From positions 62,001 through 126,000 of the forward strand of contig NMRA01000369.1 in the NCBI GenBank assembly GCA_002633005.1: a stretch of DNA of 64,000 bases. The letters are read 5' to 3'. A model generated the notes under the pieces. The model did not search any database, had not been told where the DNA came from, and saw only the letters and a list, made by a program, of their open reading frames with translations. Positions 1 through 11,353 of this stretch are shown one piece after another. Each line of letters starts with the position of its first letter. The first letter of the stretch is position 1. Origin of the DNA: Phoronis australis. Taxonomy: Eukaryota > Animalia > Phoronida. Made by a program: the position numbers and the translations under genes.

Positions 1-1080
1 ACCACTGAATCTTTGCGCGGAGTCGCCTTAGCCGCTGACTGAAGCGTTTTAGTTTTTCCTTTCAAGGACATTTCAAACATTTATTAAAATTGACCAGTTT
101 TACAATATTTCACATATGTCTAGCAAAATACCTCATCTTCATTCGCGGGTAACACCAAATACGAAATATATACCGTGTAGCGAGAAAAAAGATTTAGCAG
201 AACCACCTTAGAACTGCACAACCGCGTGGAAATATAGTCACTACTTATCCGAGGTCAAAGGTTATAGGCTGTCGCTCAAATCGAATCTCCCCCAGGCACC
301 GAGCAACTCCATATGAACCGTCAGTCATTCACCGAGTCGCCATAACATTATGTCTATGACATGTTTATATCATAGAAAGATGCCTGGAAAAACGAAGACA
401 AAACGTAGCTTTGATTCTGAGGGATTCTGCATGCCTAAGACCTTTTAGAACGAATGCTGCCAGTCACCTCACACCTATGTGACTCAGTGTGTTCACGAAC
501 ACAGCAAGTTGTGAAAAGAGATAAATCCAAATCCAAAATTCTTTAATTTTACTGTTAATTTGACAATGGCGCTGTTTCGATCTCATCCCCACGACACGCT
601 TTAACACTGACTGGATATCTGTTATTTTCGTACTTAGGTTTCATATCAGTCTCCCGGCGCGTGCTGTGTATAATAATGAACTGTTGACCTAGTTTAAAGT
701 GAGCTACAATGCACCGAATTGACCCATTTAATGTATTGGCTCCGCTCTCATGACCTAGTTGCACTTGTTTTAATTATTGATTGTCATTTAATAAATTAAT
801 TACTCAATTCAATCATTCTCTCTCCATCCATGCACAATCTCAAAGCATAGCTACCTTTTAAACAAGTCAACCGTCAATTTCTGAGACCTACTCAAGCACA
901 CTTAGCACAGGCGAATAGACGACCTTAATATTCAATCTTTCCGGAATGTATTTCACCTCCTACGCGGTAAATCTAAATAGGCTTAATATCAATGGGCTCC
1001 ACATCTTGCCAAGTGCACAGTTTTTAGAGTTTGGGGTTACGGATTTCGTTACTGTCGTACTGTTTCGTAGCTGTTGCTGG

Positions 1081-1339
1081 TGTTGTGACTTGATACACAG
1101 GTTCTCGTGCAGCTTACCTTCACTCATATGAAGGCTTGAATACACGCTTGAGATGACGACCCACAAACGCAGACGTCCTGCGTGCAGCAGAGCCACACGA
1201 AGTCGAAGAGCTCTTGATTCCCCAGTCACGTGACAAAACTAGAACTTACAACATCCGGCCACTGACGGAAACCCACGGACGAACACGAACACACAAGACA
1301 ACACGAAAGACGAGACCACACAAACCAACATTCACAACA
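1081..1339 (-). repeat. 3' LTR (259 bp)
   Basis: Inverted termini TGTTGTGA/TCACAACA; near-identical to 4169-4339. Confidence 0.9.
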
Positions 1340-1353
1340 TTCCTCCCCTCCCT
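1340..1353 (-). other. Polypurine tract
   Basis: Minus strand AGGGAGGGGAGGAA directly abuts the 3' LTR. Confidence 0.85.
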
Positions 1354-1751
1354 AAATAGAAGAATGATAAAAAAACACCACCCAACCTTTACTCCCCCCT
1401 TAACTAATGAAATAGTAAAAAATAAACTGACCAATGTCTAATATACATTATGAAAAATAAGAACTATACTACGAAAAATGCTAGAGTAACTAAAACCTAT
1501 ATGGCCGGATTTCCAAAAAAAAAGCTAAATACTTCACAAAAGTACGTGACTGGGGATACTTGAAAATTTGAAAAATACTAGTTACAAGGTACATATGGTC
1601 AAAAAAATTAAACTTGTGACAAGAAGAATTTACTGTACTATATATTTAGAAAAAAAAAAACTATTAACATTTGGACCATATGAAGAAGTAATGAACACAG
1701 AACATATAGTGCACAAAACAACATGCAACAGCAAGGTAGCACAGTAAGCTA

Positions 1752-2177
1752 CTACAGAAAATTAACAGATGGTGGACAGAACATGAGGTCTGCTGGTTGC
1801 GTGACCTCACGGTTAATAATGAAACAAAAATCAGGATCTGCGGACTGTTTAGCGTAAATATTTAAAACATTTGGAGATGTTGTATTGTTATAAATAAAAC
1901 AGCCATCAGGTTTCAGATCAAACTTTTCATTATCTGCACCATCTGAAGCAATAATGCCGGACAGACCGAAATCTGTCTCGTCAAGGTCACATGGAGAAAG
2001 TGACTGAGTAGCCAGTGTAGGGTTGGAGTCAGGATTCGTAATCACTTGCCTAGTTCCAACACATTTGTCTACTTTGGGAAGAAATGCAAGTGCACTCTTC
2101 TTAATCTTTATGGTCTCTGGAACGGACTCACCAATTGACGCTGCAGGAGAGACACAGACGTTCCTACTCACTGCCAT
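1752..2177 (-). CDS. Uncharacterised ORF3 inside the LTR element
   Basis: 141-aa ATG ORF on the gag strand; no recognisable motif. Confidence 0.3.
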   Translation of the reverse strand: MAVSRNVCVSPAASIGESVPETIKIKKSALAFLPKVDKCVGTRQVITNPDSNPTLATQSLSPCDLDETDFGLSGIIASDGADNEKFDLKPDGCFIYNNTTSPNVLNIYAKQSADPDFCFIINREVTQPADLMFCPPSVNFL

Positions 2178-2190
2178 ATCTCGTATGAAA

Positions 2191-2514
2191 TCAGGCTGAG
2201 ACAGCCCCGGCCCCTGGAGTTAGTGGGACATTTTGTGAAACAGTAACTGCAACGTCTTGAGTAATCAATGAGTCATATGCAATATTATCAACTGATGAGT
2301 CTGGAACTTCAATACTATCTACTGAATTAGATAGAGTTCTATCATCTTCAGTTGAAGGTACAGAGAACTCACCAGCAGTCTGAGTAGATGACTCAGCTGT
2401 CTTGGAAAGGAAAGCCTCAGTCGAACTAGTACGTTTCATGAATTTCTGAACCGATTTTTTCAAGAAACCTAACAGGCCAACTACTTTCTTGCTGTCAGGG
2501 AGGTCAAAGTTCAT
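2191..2514 (-). CDS. Ser/Thr-rich ORF2, in frame directly after the gag stop
   Basis: Minus strand CGT TGA ATG AAC; 107 aa, low complexity. Confidence 0.35.
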   Translation of the reverse strand: MNFDLPDSKKVVGLLGFLKKSVQKFMKRTSSTEAFLSKTAESSTQTAGEFSVPSTEDDRTLSNSVDSIEVPDSSVDNIAYDSLITQDVAVTVSQNVPLTPGAGAVSA

Positions 2515-3885
2515 TCAACGAGCTGAAACAAAATTCCAACAAGCCGACTGATAATGACCCAGCTTTCCACACCTGAAACACCTGGGAGGAGGATTAGAAG
2601 ATCTTCCCAGAGATGAACTCGGTGAAACTCTTGGTGAAGATGTAGAAGGTCGCTTCGGCGACTGTGTCTGTAACATTGCAAACAACTTGTTAAAATTGTT
2701 TGATACTTCCCTCCGATTTTCTAAAAGGTCAGATTTTAACTCATCCATCTTATTATGAAGCTTAGCAATGTCAGTCATAAGGAATGAAACCGACGCATCT
2801 AAGTCATTGCACTTACCCTCAAGAACATCTAATCGAGATTCTAAGGAGCCACGAGTAATGAACTTAAGAGCTGGCTTCTTGGTTACTTGGCGAACAGCAA
2901 CTTCATCTCCTTCCATATTCCCCTCTCTACAAAAAGATACCGAATTCGGTGAATTGGAAGTAGCCATCAAGTCTTTGGATGTTGAAAACCACCTAGCGGC
3001 ATTCAAGGCAGCATTGAGTGTACTTGGTCGACTGTTTATAGCCAACTGCGCAATCTCTCTATCCCGTAGACCTAAACAGAACCGAAGAACCGCCTGAGCT
3101 TCATCAGAGTCCTTCGCCTCTGGAAAGGCCAACAAGAATAAACTTGTAAGACGGTCAGCCCATTGTTCTAAGGACTCGTCAGAAGTCTGCTTGGCTGACT
3201 GGAACCTAAGTTGGTGCACTTCATTGCACTCGACATCTGCCCCAAAACGATATGTCATATGATCCACAATTTGGTCGAAACTTGAGTGTGGATGAGCTTT
3301 AATATGGTTGAAAAACCAACGAGAGGCATCACCTTCCAAGCACATGCCCAGCTCCGTTCTACATTTTTGACCTGACCAAAAATTGTCTCGGGCAACATTA
3401 CTGAACTTCCATAGAAAGTCCTCCCATGTACCTAACTTGCCACTAAAGATTAGGTTCCGTGGGAGACGTGACAGGTAATGAGTGCCAGAGCCAGAGGGCG
3501 TAGGTGACATGCTAGTATGCGAATGAGACTTTGCATAAGCAACGCCACTACCAGTCTTTGACGACGGAGTCAGTTTAGCTGCCAACTTGGAAAATGAATA
3601 GTCAGGGCTAGAGGTAAGTATTGATGAGGTTTTCTTACCATATTCGTCACAAACCTTGACTACTTCCTCCAAATCTTCTGGCAGACCGAATGGGACTGTA
3701 AAGTCTATGGACTCCTGTACAGTCTTGGTTGGCTTCCAACTGGAATGTATCTTGCACACATTCTCCGGAGTAATAGCTAATATTGCTCTGAAGTCCATAA
3801 CTGCAGCAGCAACATCAGTAGTCATACCCGGAAGGTCCAACAGTGTTGTAGCGCCACAAGAATTGATTAGAATCTTGGACGCCAT
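2515..3885 (-). CDS. Gag protein (HhH-like N-terminus, capsid domain, coiled coil, CCHC zinc knuckle)
   Basis: Open frame from MASKIL; capsid-type FSGKLGTWEDF...LEGDASRWF...QTSDESLEQWADRL; C-terminal CFRCGKLGHYQSAC (CX2CX4HX4C). Confidence 0.9.
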   Translation of the reverse strand: MASKILINSCGATTLLDLPGMTTDVAAAVMDFRAILAITPENVCKIHSSWKPTKTVQESIDFTVPFGLPEDLEEVVKVCDEYGKKTSSILTSSPDYSFSKLAAKLTPSSKTGSGVAYAKSHSHTSMSPTPSGSGTHYLSRLPRNLIFSGKLGTWEDFLWKFSNVARDNFWSGQKCRTELGMCLEGDASRWFFNHIKAHPHSSFDQIVDHMTYRFGADVECNEVHQLRFQSAKQTSDESLEQWADRLTSLFLLAFPEAKDSDEAQAVLRFCLGLRDREIAQLAINSRPSTLNAALNAARWFSTSKDLMATSNSPNSVSFCREGNMEGDEVAVRQVTKKPALKFITRGSLESRLDVLEGKCNDLDASVSFLMTDIAKLHNKMDELKSDLLENRREVSNNFNKLFAMLQTQSPKRPSTSSPRVSPSSSLGRSSNPPPRCFRCGKLGHYQSACWNFVSAR

Positions 3886-4150
3886 GTTATGGTACCACAA
3901 AGGGTGTGGCACTAATTAAATGTAGGTCTGAAAAGACTGAACTTGAAAACAATACCAAATAAAAATTATACTAATGGTAATTATATTTACTAGACAAAAA
4001 TGAAAAATGAAGAATGTAATAAGCGAAACAGCTGAACACCCGTGTTCAGTAACCTACCCGCTACGACACGGGTGGTGCCGAATGACAAGAGTAAAATAAT
4101 TCGCGAAAATTTAAATTACCCGCCACTCGGTGCAAAGGTGGAAACTGCAC

Positions 4151-4166
4151 GTAGCCAACTACGCCA
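4151..4166 (-). other. Primer-binding site, tRNA-Ser type
   Basis: Minus strand TGGCGTAGTTGGC 2 nt after the 5' LTR; complementary (one G-U pair) to a tRNA-Ser 3' end ...GCCGACUACGCCA. Confidence 0.75.
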
Positions 4167-4168
4167 AA

Positions 4169-4339
4169 TGTTGCGACTTGATACACAGGTTCTCGTGCAG
4201 CTTACCTTTACTCATATGAAAGCTTGAATACACGCTTGAGATGACGACCCACAAACGCAGACGTCCTGCGTGCAGCAAAGCCACACGAAGTCGAAGAGCT
4301 CTTGATTCCCCAGTCACGTGACAACCAACATTCACAACA
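4169..4339 (-). repeat. 5' LTR (171 bp, ~88-bp internal deletion relative to the 3' LTR)
   Basis: Same sequence as 1081-1339 but jumps from gtgaca to accaacattcacaaca. Confidence 0.9.
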
Positions 4340-6903
4340 GTGGCTTCTTTGTAAACTTTTCAGTGACTAGGCTCATTATACGGTCACCCTGTCCGTCTGT
4401 GCGTCCCGCTGCGGCCCGTCCGATTTCTGCTGCTTTATCTCTCACTAAAACTCCCTTAATTGGTGGTCGTGAAATGTTACTGACAAGTTCCTATCAACGG
4501 ATGGAACTGAGGAAGCGACGCAGATCTTACTCTTATTTTCTGGATCTACGTGGGTGGCCTTCCGCTACAGTTGTCGTTTAACTCGACTAAAGCGTTAGTC
4601 ACGCTTGCCCGTTTCGCAGACTTTGTAAAGAGTTTTCAAATTCTGTTTCCATTTTTGTATTGCGCACCATTTCTCCTGGAGCGTAAAAATCTAGAAATTT
4701 CTACTACCTCGATCTAACCTAGAATTACGCTTGATTAAACATGTCAAGCACCCCTTTTGTGTAGGTACAAGATACAAAGCTGCTCAGAGCTTACAACCAC
4801 ACGGAGGAATCAACAGGTGAAAGTTAAGTCTTATTTTTCTGAAAGTCAACCGTTTTTCTCCATTCGAAGTTTTTTGGTAAAAGTATTTCATACAAAACAC
4901 ATCTGCTTTGAGACATTTGTTGAAAGTCGTTCGCAAATGGTATTTTTAAATATCGGTTAGCATCAGGCGCGAGCTCTTTGCAACATGATTTCTTGATTAC
5001 GTGAGCATCAGATGAAAGCAGACAATAAGAGAGTTGGACAATGTAAACATTAGGTTGCCCCTGCTAAACTGAAAACGACAAAGCTGTATCCCGACTGGCT
5101 GATCAGTTAGTCGGGATACTCATTCCACATGGCGGGCGCTTAACGGAGGGTTGTCGAAGGTTACATAGCATTATTCTGTGTCAGAAAATTGAATGGGTAA
5201 GATCTCTTTTAATATCTGATAATAAGCCAGGTTTGGCATCCTTTTGACTAAAAGATGACTGCTTCTAATGGATTCAGCGTATTCTGTCCCACTTAGTGGC
5301 CATTTGTTTTGCTTTTGCCTTTCTATTGCGCCATTATGGTAATTGGCATATGTGTTTTACCGGAAACAGCACGATTGTCACTGATTTTTGGACGGCGCTG
5401 CCTACTGTGTGGCACTGTATTGGCACATTTGTTTATGTTGCGTACGCAGTTGTATCTCGTACAACCCTTGCAGGATCTTTATCAGGTTTGGAAAGTGACG
5501 TATGAACGTAGCAACGGGTGACGACAATATTCGGATGTATCCGATTACCAATGTGCCTCCTAAAGCCAATTTCATTTTCTACGTGTTCGTCTGTATCATC
5601 ACACTTCCGTGTGGAAATTTTCATGAAATGTGGCTATCATATTTGGACGGATTTGATTTGTTGGACGTCACTCAGTTACTATGCTTATTTGAATGTGAGA
5701 ATGTTTTTAATGTCCGCTTCTCTAACGGCCAAACCTCTAGCAATCATTATGGAACTCGTCATTTGTGTTCTTTTTAGACAGAGCACGTCTGCTGATTGTT
5801 TGGTACGGGTCCGACTCCCGTGACACCCCGGGCCCTTGTGGCAATTTTGATTGTTTTTACCTGTGGCTCAATTTCCATACCGAGGTACTTGACAGATCTT
5901 TATGGAATTTGGCATGTGTTTCTATTCAGGCGAGTTTACCTGATGTCGATTTTGGGACAAATCCAACTCCTGTGGAGTTCCGTAGTGGCAATTTGTGATT
6001 CCTTTGCTTTTGGCTGGATATCTATCCAGTACTTTGATGGAAGTTCTTGAAACTTGACAATAATTTGCTGTCACGTAGACGATAGGTAGGAACTCTCCCG
6101 TTTCAAATGGATTTGGCCAACGCTGTGCCCCATTGTTACCTTGTTTTTTGTCGTCCGTCATCCTATCTATCTAAACTATTGATGAAGGTAGTAGACTAGA
6201 AGGTGTGCATCTCTTTTGAGGAGTATTGGTGACTTCCCTCGCACCACCCAGAGGCTACTCTTGCTCGTAAGTGATCGTCTCATGTATTTGCTATGTGTAC
6301 GATGCAGGCACGCTCTGCGTTGCTCTTGTTCGGTAGGGCGCCGAAGACAGCATATTTACGTCTCATGTATTTGCAATTGAAATAAAGAGCAGTTAGGAAC
6401 CGTAGGTTAGGCCTAAATAGTGATTCCAACTCCAGCAGAAATTGGCATTTATTCATTGAAGCATCTCAAGTCACAAATTGTTAAGCTACGCTTAATTTTC
6501 CAGTGCACGTGAACGTACTAGCGAATACGGTAGCGACGCCGCTGGAAAAGAACGGATGCACTTACGGGTAACTAAGAGGTGAGTATGAACCAGTGTTTGT
6601 CTGTTTATGTATGTTGTGATGTCAAAGACAACACAAAATTCTTTGAAGATTTAAAAATTTTGGGCACTACTCACGTGCACGGGACCCGTATGTTGAGAAC
6701 CGGTTTGACGCCTGTTATTCTGTGTTGAGAACTGGCTTTTAAAATGTGTGACACGTGTAAGTGATTATTACCAATCTTTGTTTTATATCAGAGTTCCAAT
6801 GTGTTCTGAAACCCAAAATTTAGTTGCCTCTGAAAAATGCATTAATTCGCAGTACGTTTGGCAGCAGCAGAAATACACCTCAAAGTCTGCATCTCTTCAC
6901 AGC

Positions 6904-9900
6904 ATGTCAAGAGAAGACAAAGGTGGTGATAACGCAAGCTTAACGGACAGGAGAAGAACAGGTCCTGGAAACGTCATCAAAAATACCGGAAGCACGTCAT
7001 TCTCAGTCATTCTTGGCGAAAATTCAGTTGATGTCTTTTCGGATATCTCAGATACCAATGAAATACTTAATTTGTGCCAAGGACACTTCGACGATTTAAA
7101 CCAAGAACCTGTCAGAGAAAGTATAATTGAGAAAGTGATATACATTCCTTTAGGATTAAGGGGCGTAATTAATGAAGCGTTCGATGAAGAGGAGATTTAT
7201 GATGATCAGCAAATACCTTCATCTTACTGCAAGGCTGACCTTTTGACGTCACGCCAAAGAATTAGTGAAGAAGCCATCCCAGACGTGTTGTATACGGTGG
7301 AGAATGAAACACTGCAGACCAACCCAGCTGAAGAAAGTGCTCAATCTGAAGCGGTTGCGGAGCCCTTCGACATGTCTGCCTCAAACTCACGTCCCCATGC
7401 GGCCGACTTCAATAGAGGAATGGTCATAAAAAAGACAATAGGACCATCTGGTGGTTGCATAAAACTTTTGGGAGTGGCATTGGACATCCCCTCAGGTGCA
7501 CTATCAAGCAATAAAGAAATCTGCGTCGGAATTTTATGGCACAAAGAAGTTTTGCCAAAGCTGTCTAAAAAGCAGACTTTGCTAAGTCCAGTTGTTGTGT
7601 GTGAGCCCCACGCCCTACGGTTTGACAAACCAGTAACCTTAACTTTACCGCACTGCGCTCAAGACGTTCTTCTAAACTGGGATATCACCTTGCTAAAAAG
7701 TGAAACTACGGCCAACCAAGTCACCAACTGGAAACCTCTGACGTTGGAGGACTATGATGAAAGATCATTCCACGACAGTCACGTCATTGTCAAACTTTAC
7801 CATTTTACACTGTATGCTCTGGTTGGACAGAGCAAAGAGAAGGCGTGTGCTTCTAAATGTGTCAACCTTGTGGCATTTGCTCCTCCTCTTCAACAGAGGA
7901 AGTTTTTTAAAATACGATTGTACTGTACAAACTATTACACTGAACTGAAGGAAGAAGAACAAGAACTTGAGGTAAATTTCGTTCATTTTAAGCTCAAGAA
8001 GGTTGCGAAGTCACAGTGTAACATGCAAATACAGTAGTTTGAATTAAGAACACATACTTTAATCAAGTCGCAATCTAGGTTTCAAACTGTTTGGGTTGTC
8101 AATAAATGACCGTCTCTGCAACTTAATTCTACTGAAGGCCTGTTTTGTTGCAGAATACAGTCCTAGTCCTAAGGAATGGCTGCTAAAAGTGTCATTATTA
8201 GTGGTTTAAAGAAGATAAACAGCAATGGGCCTAAACTTGTCTTCCATCACAAAAACAACTTTTGATTGACATAACGAATCCTTTCGAAATTGGTGTCAAG
8301 TTGTTTCTCAGACAAACTGGAGGTGATTTCAGGTCTTCGATAGAGCTGACAACTTGTTATTGATTGAGATCAGGCTCTTTTATTCATGCTCATGCGATAC
8401 GGAGTTCGTCCATTTCTGTAATACGTTATCATATACATTACTGCATATAGTAATCTTATGTATGAACATTACGACGTCGTACGGAAAAGGACGAATATTG
8501 TATCGAACGAGCGTGCACCGACGACGCATGGTTTCACGGAATAACAAACTGTCATTTCTTTGCAAACCCAGAAATTACGGATAAAGAATCAGTTGTGGTC
8601 TAAATCAAAATTTCGCTTCTTAGACGGAACGCCGGTTTAAAGTCGCTTTGGCAATGTTTGTGTTTACTTAATCTTCGTTGTCCCTGTCATGTTTTTTCTT
8701 TGCTTTTTGTCTACTTAACTTTCACCACTACCAATCACCCCTTAAAAGAAAATACAGGGATATTTTGACGTTTGGGTAAATAACAGGAACTAAAATGACT
8801 TTTTAGGGTACCAGTTATGTATATCACGTGAATTCACTTACCATTTTATCCTGTAAATACTGTTATTGCAAAATCGCATCAGCGTCTTCCTTGCCAAAGT
8901 CCCAAGTCATTCAACCGTCAGTTCATGTATTTGAAATCAAAGTGTATAATTCGTGAAAATTCTTCAAATTGTAAATTATTATTATTTTTACAACTGTAAT
9001 CTGGCGACAGACCAAGTCCGTTTGTGCGCAGGATCGCGGAGATGGCAAACAGAGTGAATGTTATTCGAGCTATGTCGAATTGTTGCGTTCCTGGCTGTAC
9101 TCGTTGACGAGATGCAAAGTCGTCGAAGTACCATTCCATCAATTCCCAATGGCAAATGCGCGGAGAAGGGAGTGGATGGTAAAGACTGGGATCGACGTCA
9201 GACTGGGGCTCCCGATTTTGCGAGTCCGACTCATGCGCGCTTATCAAAGTCATCCGGCTGGATTTCATACACAACGGCGAAACTTCTAAGTTCACCATAC
9301 TACCAAATCCAAGAACCGACGAATGGCATGAGGCATTGGTGACAATTTTGCAATATCATTATACTGAAAAAGATGGCGGTGAATAGGCCTAAATGTGACG
9401 CCAACTTCCGCTTCCGGAAAAGCTTGATTAGATTTCGACAAATCAATTTTTTACAAAAATGGTATCTAGTTATCTAAAAAAGTCATTTTGGATACAATTA
9501 CGTGTCCAAGCCTCCAAAAATCCAGGAATTGTCCTTTTAGTTTTGTGAGACGTCATGTAGGCCTACGCACCGAATTATGGGATAGTGGTCACCCAAAGCA
9601 GCACTGTGTAGATGTAGGTGATCACTTCATTTTAGTAGTAGCTAAAGCACCGGTTCAGCTTATCATTGATTCGAGTCAACAGCGCACGGCGCACACGATC
9701 GCCTGCGTGACATTTCCAAGATTCGGGGGTGAGATTCGAATCCTCAAGTCCATGCCTTGGTACGCGCACGCATCGATTTTGGCGACCAATATGAATAGGT
9801 CAATGGCAGCTTCCACACGTTTCCCCTATGTTAAGCATGTATTAGCGAATACCTCAAAATTAACAGACAAGTTATACAATTATTCCTACGTTTGTGCCAC

Positions 9901-10775
9901 CTCAAATATACTCAATTTCTTGATATATTCAAAATTATCTCTGAATTCAGAATCCAAAATATTATATTACAGAAGGTGCGATGTGGTGAACGGGAAATTG
10001 GAGGTAACCGACTGAACGCTACAAGTCGTCTCATCATCCGTGACAGTGGCTCCAACTTATGCTCTTCACTTGAGAGTCTCAGTCCTGGTTGGACGACTAA
10101 TTCTAATCAGCTTGAAATTGACTTTGAGACAGCGTGGCACGGATATCTGCCAAGCTGTGAATTTATTTTAAAGCCAGATGGTCTCAGAGACGAAATAGCA
10201 TGTGACCTAAAAACTTTCCAGTTGGACCGACCCGAGAAAGCCAGTATTATATCTGTTGCAGAACAAACGAAGCATGTAAGTATACAAGAGTTATAACGTG
10301 GTAAATCCCTCCACACGGGATCGAGCTGTTTCGGATGAGGTGTTGGCTATCTTTTAGGACAATATCAAAGCCTTTCAAAACTCGATTTCACCGAGTTCCG
10401 CCGCATATACTAACAGCTTCTTATTTAATTTGAACTTTCCTCGTCTTGTAAAATTTTGCTTTTCAAGGACAAAAATGGGGATACCCGCATAAATATATGT
10501 GTTTCTACGTAAAATATGATTATAGGTGGGTACCTGTCAGTAAAAGTTGATCAGCGAAGTATCTCTTTGTAACTGAGTACAACAAATTCGGGATGGGTCT
10601 ATCTATAAACTGGACCCGCCGTGACGGGTCCAGTTATATTTATATAGCATGACCCGCAGTGATGGGTCTGGACCTGTCGTGACGGTTCCAATTATAAACT
10701 GGACCCGTCGTGATGGGTCGAGTTATATTTATATAGATAGACCCATCAAGGTTGACCACGTCGTGATAAGTCCAG

Positions 10776-10835
<60 letters not shown>

Positions 10836-11353
10836 NTTGTTCTGTAATCTTGTCAATCCCTGTGTTCTTAAACTCTAAATTATTGGCAAAGCGCGACTCA
10901 GAAGGTTTTGCTGCTGCATGAGATAGGACAATGGGAATTTTCTCAAAAATGTTTATTCAGTTGAGCTCAACTTACTGGATACTTGTTAATTTGTAAACTG
11001 TGCACTTCAGAACTACATCCCTGAGTTTTGGAACATCTAACTTAACGTTTCAGAATCTTTTTGGCGAGAGGCATCTGACAACATTCCCATACGAGCTATG
11101 TCGGTTTCTCATGGTTCATCTTGACGTATCCAACCCGTTGCATCGTGATTGGCGCGCTGTCGCTGAACACTTACGCATGGACACAGCCTTGGTAACGTGG
11201 GTGGAACAGCGACAGCAGAGCCCTACTATGTTCATACTCCAAGAATGGGAGAAACAAAGGCGATCGTTGGAGAGCTTCTACGAATTTATGAAAAATCTAG
11301 ATAGGCAAGATGTGGCATCGGAAGTTATGAAGTATCTTGCATCTGGACAGTGA
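6904..11353 (+). CDS. Cytoplasmic ZU5-UPA-death domain protein (UNC5CL/PIDD-like module), paralog A, ~556 aa
   Basis: Phase-0 GT-AG exons 6904-7971, 9973-10275, 11054-11353. ZU5: IGPSGG..LGVALDIPSGAL..LLSPVVVCEPHALRFDKPVTLTLPHCA..HFTLYALVG. UPA: EREIGG..EIDFETAW..CEFIL. DD: DWRAVAEHL..SPTMFILQEW..DRQDVA. Probable non-coding exon ending 6578 (gag|gtgagt). Confidence 0.88.
8746..9536 (+). mobile_element. Old Kolobok-like DNA transposon relic with decayed THAP fragment (intronic)
   Basis: Flanked by TTAA/TTAG, degenerate TIRs sharing aaaatgactttttt; frameshifted MSNCCVPGC...FHQFPMANARRREW THAP-like sequence. Confidence 0.6.
10604..10835. repeat. Tandem palindromic units (ctggacccg..cgggtccag) followed by a (TA)n microsatellite
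   Basis: About three units at 10604-10735; (TA)n at 10777-10835 ends at a single N (10836). Confidence 0.8.

Larger units (their letters stand above)
1081..4339 (-). mobile_element. Non-autonomous (gag-only) LTR retrotransposon, Gypsy-like
   Basis: Two direct LTRs bounded by TGTTG(T/C)GA...TCACAACA (1081-1339, 4169-4339); PBS and PPT in the expected minus-strand positions; gag ORF; no RT/RNaseH/integrase; flanks CTGG/GTGG may be an imperfect 4-bp TSD. Confidence 0.9.

Noticed and set aside
5087-5119. Strong hairpin gtatcccgact..agtcgggatac as a Helitron end or terminator
   Set aside because: No CTRR end or other supporting context.
5200-6161. Cluster of overlapping short ORFs
   Set aside because: No recognisable motif in any frame; could be decayed coding sequence but unsupported.
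6748-6903. N-terminal extension of the ORF-track ZU5 ORF (also 35769-35924) and its tail past the donor
   Set aside because: GTG start lies upstream of a good acceptor (tctcttcacag); sequence after 7971/36992 is intronic.
6904-11353. Canonical UNC5 netrin receptor or ankyrin
   Set aside because: No signal peptide, Ig, TSP1, TM or ankyrin repeats seen; no gene symbol assigned.
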